A stretch of 64,000 nucleotides of DNA from the NCBI GenBank assembly GCA_964016885.1, contig OZ024743.1, positions 295,740,001 to 295,804,000 on the forward strand. The letters run 5' to 3'. Below, in pieces: positions 57,141 to 64,000 of the stretch (position 1 is its first letter; every line of letters begins with the position of its first letter). The translations under genes and the position numbers were made by a program. The notes under the pieces are model-generated. The model was not told the DNA's origin, searched no databases, and saw only the letters and a list, made by a program, of their open reading frames with translations. Source of the stretch: Eledone cirrhosa (lineage: Eukaryota).

Positions 57141-59373
57141 TACCATTCCACTTAGGGGTCTATATATACCCCAATATCACCCCCTATATCCCCCTTATAT
57201 ACCCCACCCCTTATCTTACTTTTCATTTTCTTTTATTGGCATTGACTGTATACCTTAAATCTAGCATTAATTAAACGAATATGCATTCTCAGAAATATAT
57301 TTATAGGAATTTGATATGAAATGTATACTTATACCCCTTAGTACATGTAAATGCATGTATTATGGTTTGTAGGTTCATGAATACAAGTGTATTTATATTT
57401 CAAGTATTTCAACTACGTGATGGCAGGCGCGATTTTGTTCCAGAGAAATGTTTTATTGAAGAAATACATACAGTTTCTTTGTTAAAGTTGAAATAAGGAA
57501 ACTGAGGCAAGTGGCCGCAGGTCGTAATTCTTTTCTCTTGATTATTTATTTATTATTATTTTATATACATGTTGATCGAGTGTCAAGTTATAAGTTATTT
57601 AAAGGCATTTCTAAACATTGCCTTTCTGCCCAGTATAACACATACAATTTTAATATATTTCATTTGTCAATGAATTTTCTAAATAAATTTTAAGAGATTT
57701 GTGTTGCCTCCTAATTGCCTGAAGAGAATGCATTCTCGTTGAGGTTGTTTTTATTGTTTAGATTTAGATCATCAGATAGTGACATTATATTTACATCATA
57801 CATTTCTGAGTAGGCATATTACTGAAGACGTTCTGCTTTTGACTATCCCGTTCTTTTGTAAAACATTGTATATCAAGATTTACATTGTCAATGTGACCTT
57901 TATTTTCAATACAATTGCATGTGATTTGAGGGAGGTATATTTTGCAGTAATTCATAAGGGTTTTAACGGTAACTGCATGTTTTGCAATCTCTCTTTAATA
58001 TTGGTTTTGCTAAAAACCCACTAACGTTTGCAACCGTGCAAAAGTGATCTTCGATAAGGGAAAGGAGGGGTTCTTTCCATGCCAGTATTTACATTGATAT
58101 CAAATGGTGTATTTATCCTTATTATAGTTCTTACTAGGTAAGGTTTTTTTTTCTCTTTCATGAGCACTTACGTATTTTAATATGCACATTCGATAACGGC
58201 GGTAGCACGTCAAGCAAATTAAATATAACCTCATATTCAAATTCCAGAAATGACCATCACTATATAACACTTTCTTACGTTCATAAACCTGCTTAAATTA
58301 ATAACAAATAAAGAATTCAAGCTCAAGTTTTATGTTTATACAGAATCGAATGTTAGATATGGAAACTATAAAATATCTAAACGTGAAGTTATTTTTTCCA
58401 ACGAAAAAGAAGGGTATAAAAGATCAGCAAATATTATTCCAACACGACAGCATCTCAAACCTTACAAAACCAAACTCACATCAACCTTTACTAAGATCTC
58501 AACGTAGAAGTGTAACACACACCCCCTAAACAAAACAGACTCTAGAACTGCTAAAACAGCCTTCTTTATTGCACAGAATTACCATAAAACTCACTTAAAT
58601 GCGAACTTATTAATTCACCAGAAAGGGATTGTGCATTTGAATATATGGGACATTGCTGCAACTGCTATCAAAATATTTTATGCTGCAAACATACAGATAA
58701 ATGTAGATTTATTCAATTCTACAGCATTGGCTACTAAGCCTCGATCAGCAATAGAAACTCTTAAAACATATTGAAGATTTTTACAATCAAAACATATGAA
58801 GATTTGCTCACCATCGTGAACATTCAAAGATCAATCCTTTTTAACGTCAAAACATACGAGGTAAATAAATATATAGTGAACTATATTGATTTCGTCATGT
58901 ACAAGTGTCATGATACAATATGGTGTGGAAAGCGTGTGCGACGCTTCTCTTGAAGTTAATCTTGAAGTCATAAGAGGCTTTAAAAAACAAACAATAATAT
59001 ATCTACGTAATTATAAATTCAAATAGTTGTGTCATCAAATATACATTGACCTTGAGATTTACACTCAGAGAACAGAAAACAAATAACGCAACGCATTTTG
59101 TTCCACGATCTAACGGCTCTGTAGTTCAACACATATATGCGTAGAAAAACGCCATACTCATAAGGTTTTCGGCTTTTGTTTATCCTTAGTTACTAAAGTC
59201 TGTTAATTTTATCGCAGTTCAAATTCCTTCCTCTATCATTTATTTTATTAAATGTGGTTTACTTTGCAAGTCTATATTCTGCAAATTGCATGACCACAGA
59301 AAGTAGTTGACTTATTGTATCGGTTGGATAGAAATTTCATGTAAATTAAAATTTATTGATTTATACATAATTG

Positions 59374-59900
59374 TCTTCTTCTTCTTCTTCTTCTTCTTCT
59401 TCTTCTTCTTCTTCTTCTTCTTCTTCTTCTTCTTCTTCTTCTTCTTCTTCTTCCTGAGCGGGTCGTCGGGGCAGAGTCCTCAAATGCTCCCTCCAGCAAG
59501 TCCTGTCAGAAGTGACCATCACCAATTGATCTGGCTAGATCTCCAAGCGCAACCATCCAAGCTCATCGGTGTTATCCAACCAACTAGCTCAGGGTCTACC
59601 CCTGCGTCTCCTGCCGGTTGGTTTTGCCCGTAAAATCTATCCAGCGATTCTTTCCCGAGACATTTTAATCACATGCCCATAGTATCTGTGATCTCTCAAT
59701 TCGGAGAAGTAGTGGCTCTACCTGGAATGACTCTCTGATCTCCGAGATACGCGCTCTATCGAGTAAGAACCTTCGTAAGAGCTTTCGTAAGAACCCCATT
59801 TTGGCCGCTTGTTTTCGCGATCGTATTCTTTCGGTCATTACCGAAAATGCATGACCATAGGCAGTGTCATATATTGTAATATCTGGCACAGCGTCAGTTA
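59374..59900 (-). mobile_element. RTE LINE 3' fragment with (GAA)n tail
   Basis: RIRSRKQAAKMGFLRK..LLDRARISEIRE..VEPLLLRIERSQ..W followed by RRRGRP; (CTT)n at 59374-59454 on the + strand. Confidence 0.8.
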
Positions 59901-60154
59901 CTCATGGCCCATTACAACTAGTTCCCTCTCCTTCGACGTCGTCATATTGGCTTCAAATTACTTCACCATAAACTTATTGTATGCATCATACAAGAGGTGA
60001 AGTTTCGAGTCTCCATTATATTGTCAATATCAAAAGATAATAAGTTATAATTCAAGATATTCTCTCAAGTGGGACCTAATTTTAAGAAATAGTAAATTTT
60101 AGGAGGAAATCAGTTGCACCTCATTCAACAATGAAACAATAAATAGATGAAGAC

Positions 60155-60211
<57 letters not shown>

Positions 60212-60214
<3 letters not shown>

Positions 60215-60830
60215 TATTAAAATAACAGATTAAAGTTTAAGCAAAGAATTTCTGCTTTCACCCTTAACGGGATCTTCTGAAACTAAAAAAATCAGTCTGT
60301 GAACGCAGAAGAAATATTTCGAAAAATGTTGCAACCGAAGGAAAACAGGAAGACGATATTTTGGGTGAAGACATTCTCTGGCAATGAACGGAAATAAGCG
60401 AAGATAATACGTCGTTATGTGTGGCGGTAAGAGCAATTACACGCAAAGACAAAACCACGTTAATGGTATAAATGAAGTCGTAGAATATTAATTCTATTTA
60501 GGAAACCGAATGATTCTCGGCTTCAGAGTTAAGAATAAAGTAAATAAATTAGTAGAACGAAATTGACAGGCTGTCAAAATCAATAATAATTAAATATATA
60601 CACACACGCATCTATATACGTACATACACGTGCATACGAGAAAACACCCGCCATGCATGCACATACACACATACATAAACCCGCGCGACACATTACCTGC
60701 ACACATACGAACGTATACACAAAAAAAAAGAAAATATGTGTGTGTATATAATTATATAAACGTGAGGTTACAGATGTTATCGGCCTTTTCATTCTTTTCT
60801 CTATCAAGGAAGAATTCCCCAACGTGGGAA
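60212..60830 (-). mobile_element. Second copy of the 45.8-48.0 kb Naiad 3' UTR with an oppositely oriented ~70 bp RT fragment
   Basis: 60212-60750 is the reverse complement of ~47300-47985 without the tandem duplication; 60763-60828 matches 46121-46186 in + orientation. Confidence 0.85.
60234..60284 (-). ncRNA. Variant hammerhead-like motif, CAGAAGA core, intact GAAA
   Basis: agttt-CAGAAGA-tccc gttaa gggt-GAA-AGCAGA aattc TTTGCT-T-aaact. Confidence 0.6.
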
Positions 60831-60852
60831 CACTGATTTTCTTTTTTCTGTG

Positions 60853-60892
<40 letters not shown>

Positions 60893-61934
60893 GGGGCATA
60901 TTAGATTTATGTACATTTAAAGTGTGTTGTATCAATTCAAACTACGGAGTAATTGACTGAATCATAAAGAAAGGGCCTGGATGTTATGTAAATAGCTATA
61001 ATGCAATTATATTTATCAAAACGTAAAGAAAATTGAGATAGAATCCTGAAAACAATTTTAAATGAGAATTGTCAGCATATAAATTGGGGAAGAAGATGAA
61101 AATTAAAAGACAAGTACAGGATTTGAATTATAGATTGTTGTGACTGGGAATTACCTATGTAGAAATAAATGATGAAAACGCTATCGATAAAGAATTATTG
61201 GAAGAGTTGTGGAATTTGCTTAAAATTACACGCATTAGTGTTCAATATTTACAAGGAGAAAAATGTGAAAATAATCTGACAATATAAATTATCGTTTGAA
61301 AATAGTATTTCAAGATATCAACAATTAAAACTGGAAATGTAAGAAACAAATACTACAGCTACTTTGCAGTTCAGTAAATATTAATGTGGTGTGGTAAATA
61401 AATATATACATATATACTGTGTCCGAAAACAATGGAACCAAACTCCTCCGTCTCACCCGCTTTCCCCATCTCTCACTATTACAAACAAGTGTGAGTATGG
61501 GGCACTCACTGGCAGCCAGATGCAAGGATTGCTGGATCCAGAAAGTCAACACTGCTAGTCTTAAAAGTCTTAATGTGGAAATCCACCAATGAACAACCGT
61601 TGCCTCCTTTTTTTAAATTTATCCGCCCTTGTTCTTTTTTCTGTTGTGGTGGTCTATAGAGACTTCATACACCAGCCTAAGATGCTAGGATCGTTTTGCA
61701 GCTTTAACTGTCGGGTTTACCATGAATCAGGTAATTTTTTTTATATCACTTTATCTTTTTTTTTAATAATCTTGGTAAACAAGCTCGAAACATCTGGACA
61801 CGCATGCATGGAAACGAGTGATATTTTAAGTATAATCACGGTTTCTTTGGCGTCAAGTGAATGAGAGTACAAGATGAAACGCCAGTCCGTGTTGTAATGT
61901 TAAATCCAGACTGATGGTGGTATTCATGTCTTTT

Positions 61935-62275
61935 CAGTTGTGTGAATTGGAGCAACAGAAAAATTAAATGACTTGGTCAAGGTCATAAAACGACGTTAAC
62001 ACACTGGCAGGTCACGGAAACAATGGCAAAATAAAGTGTCTTGCTCAAGATCATAACACGACGCAAACACACTATCAAGTCAGTGAAGCAACGTAAAATA
62101 GTTTTGTTCAAGGTTTTATAACGACGCTAACAAACTGTCATGTCAATGGAGCAACGTAAAATAAAATGACTTGCTCAAGATAATAACACAACTCTAACAC
62201 ACTGTCCAGTCCGGGAAACTAACCCACGCCTTCATGATCGGGAACTAAACACTCTAACAGTTAAGCCGCGCCCAT
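61935..62275 (-). mobile_element. SINE family B with four tandem ~70 bp copies of its core
   Basis: ggagcaac..aaaataaa.tg.cttgctcaag.t.ataa.acgacg.taacacactg occurs four times, then the tRNA-like head. Confidence 0.7.
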
Positions 62276-62914
62276 TCACATAGTGATAGCGCGTAATAAA
62301 ACACAATTACTGAAATATAACAACAGCAACAAACTCAACAAGGTAAACAAAAGTAATAACACTAAAAGATTATTTTAGCAATATAAGAAACACGAACGTA
62401 ATCTGAGATTAAGAATAAAATATGAAATATTAACCAAAGAAAATTAAGTAAATACTATCAGGAGTACATGAAGAACTAACAAGAACATAACTAACAAGAA
62501 CAAACAAAACAAAGCAGTAAACAGCACAGACGTACAACTATACACTTCTATATCTAAATTAAAGCTAAATCTGTAACCAACCGCCCGAAAAACTAATACT
62601 ACAGATGAAATAAAATATAACCAAAAGGGAGAAAATTGATTTTTCTTTAAATGATTATTTTTTCGTTTTACTTTTTCTTTTCTTTTTCTTCCGTATTTTT
62701 ATTTTTGTGAAATTATATTTTATAAGCTTGAAGTAATTTCAAAATATATAACATGTTATATTTCATCCTTATATTTTTCAATTTTGTTTTCACTCCTGAT
62801 GCTTTTTAATTAAGACATAATGTTGTGTTGTGTCACCTGTTTAGGATTTTATTCGGCAAATGAGATTTCAAAATTGATAAAACAACAACAACAACAACAA
62901 CAATAATAACAATA

Positions 62915-63135
62915 GTAATGATTTCTACATTAGACACAAGGCCAGCAATTTTGGGGGAGGGGAAAGTCAATTAAATCGTATGCTGTGCATTAATGGTGCT
63001 TTATTTTATCGACCATGTAAGGATAAAAGGCAGCGTTAAACTCGGTGGGATTTGAACTCAGAACGTAAATGGCCATAACTCTATGTGCAAAGCATGGTGT
63101 CTGACGCTCAACCGATATTGCCAAACCACTGGCCA
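62915..63135 (-). mobile_element. SINE family A
   Basis: ctttattttatcgacc..gtaaggataaaaggc...gggatttgaactcaga. Confidence 0.75.
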
Positions 63136-63154
63136 CAATGCTCTATATATAGGA

Positions 63155-64000
63155 GACATTAAAAGACAGAGGCAGTGGGGGCATTACGGAAAAATCGATT
63201 AAATAATATAAAAAACAATAACATTATAACAATATAAATTCTCCAATAGCGGGGTATCACCCAGGGGCGACTCGGGTATCCCAATAATCTTGAATCACAC
63301 GACGCTTCGAGAGCATTCGAGGAGGGCACCCTTCTCTTCTCCAGATCAGCCAGCCTACAGGAGCACGTTCCGTGTAGGCCAATGCACACAGGCCATCCTC
63401 GCAACATTCACCCACCTTTTAGAAAAATGTACTGGGGGTAGCATTTCCCTCTCCACACTCATCTTTCTTTCCAAGTAAAACTTTGAAAAGTTGATGAGCG
63501 ATTGGCCGAAGAGAAAAGCGGCTGTCTTCAGTCCTTTCCACCTCATCAACCACTCAACTTCATCGGCTACAGCAACCAGGCAGAAGAAAAATGACTGCCC
63601 TTCTCGGCCAAAAGAAGGCGACGGGGCGATCTTTACGATGGACTCAGTCGATAACTCGCCTGGTAGAGGGCAGTGAGCGCGTGACAAAATTCCAGATAAC
63701 AGGTACCAAGTCTCGGTCTCTTCTTGACCCAGTACGGCAGCTCAGTCAAAGAGATGAGCTGCGGAAAGACCTGTCTTCCATAAGGCGACCAACCGTTTTG
63801 GAATATCTGAAGATGCCGTAGCCTCAGCGCATGTTTGCGCATAATAAGCCATGGTATACCCTGCCTTACTACTGATTTTTCCGGGTTCAGTTTTTCTTCA
63901 GTCACCTTTTCATATTCCTCTAACAATGCGCCAACCACTTTGCTTTCCGAGGTGTTCGACACCACCACAGTGTGGTCGTCCATATATAACGACGCAACTT
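63155..64000 (-). mobile_element. Tx1-like LINE 3' fragment, related to the 17.8-23.6 kb element, with internal deletions
   Basis: MDDHTVVVS..LEEYEKVT..LNPEKS, GIPWLIMRKHALRLRHL and RWVNVARMA match the larger copy. Confidence 0.85.

Noticed and set aside
57715-57745. CTGAAGA followed by a small hairpin
   Set aside because: No GAAA or stem I/III follows, so it is not called a hammerhead.

Overview
This is AT-rich, microsatellite-dense eukaryotic DNA with no recognisable host protein-coding gene. The SINE and LINE repertoire resembles a cephalopod (Octopus-like) genome, which is an inference. Almost all real coding remnants belong to retroelements: at least five Penelope-like elements (PLEs; one Penelope/Poseidon type and four Naiad-type with GIY-YIG endonuclease), a near full-length L1/Tx1 LINE (17.8-23.6 kb, minus) plus a second fragment, RTE LINEs, an R4/Dong-like LINE remnant and a Ty3/Gypsy LTR element (28.6-33.5 kb). 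There are also two SINE families, a mariner-type MITE and a hAT-type MITE. The most striking signal is about 14 fold-back (inverted-repeat) insertions, mostly in or next to (TA)n tracts, from about 60 bp up to a spacer-less 2.9 kb palindrome. Most have an unpaired tail on one arm, and many carry type-I hammerhead ribozyme folds, several with palindromic stem III. One family has a non-canonical CAGAAGA core in three copies. Some inversion breakpoints fall at or inside the ribozyme. All RNA structures were folded by eye and are untested. Most ORFs in the supplied track are microsatellite artefacts.
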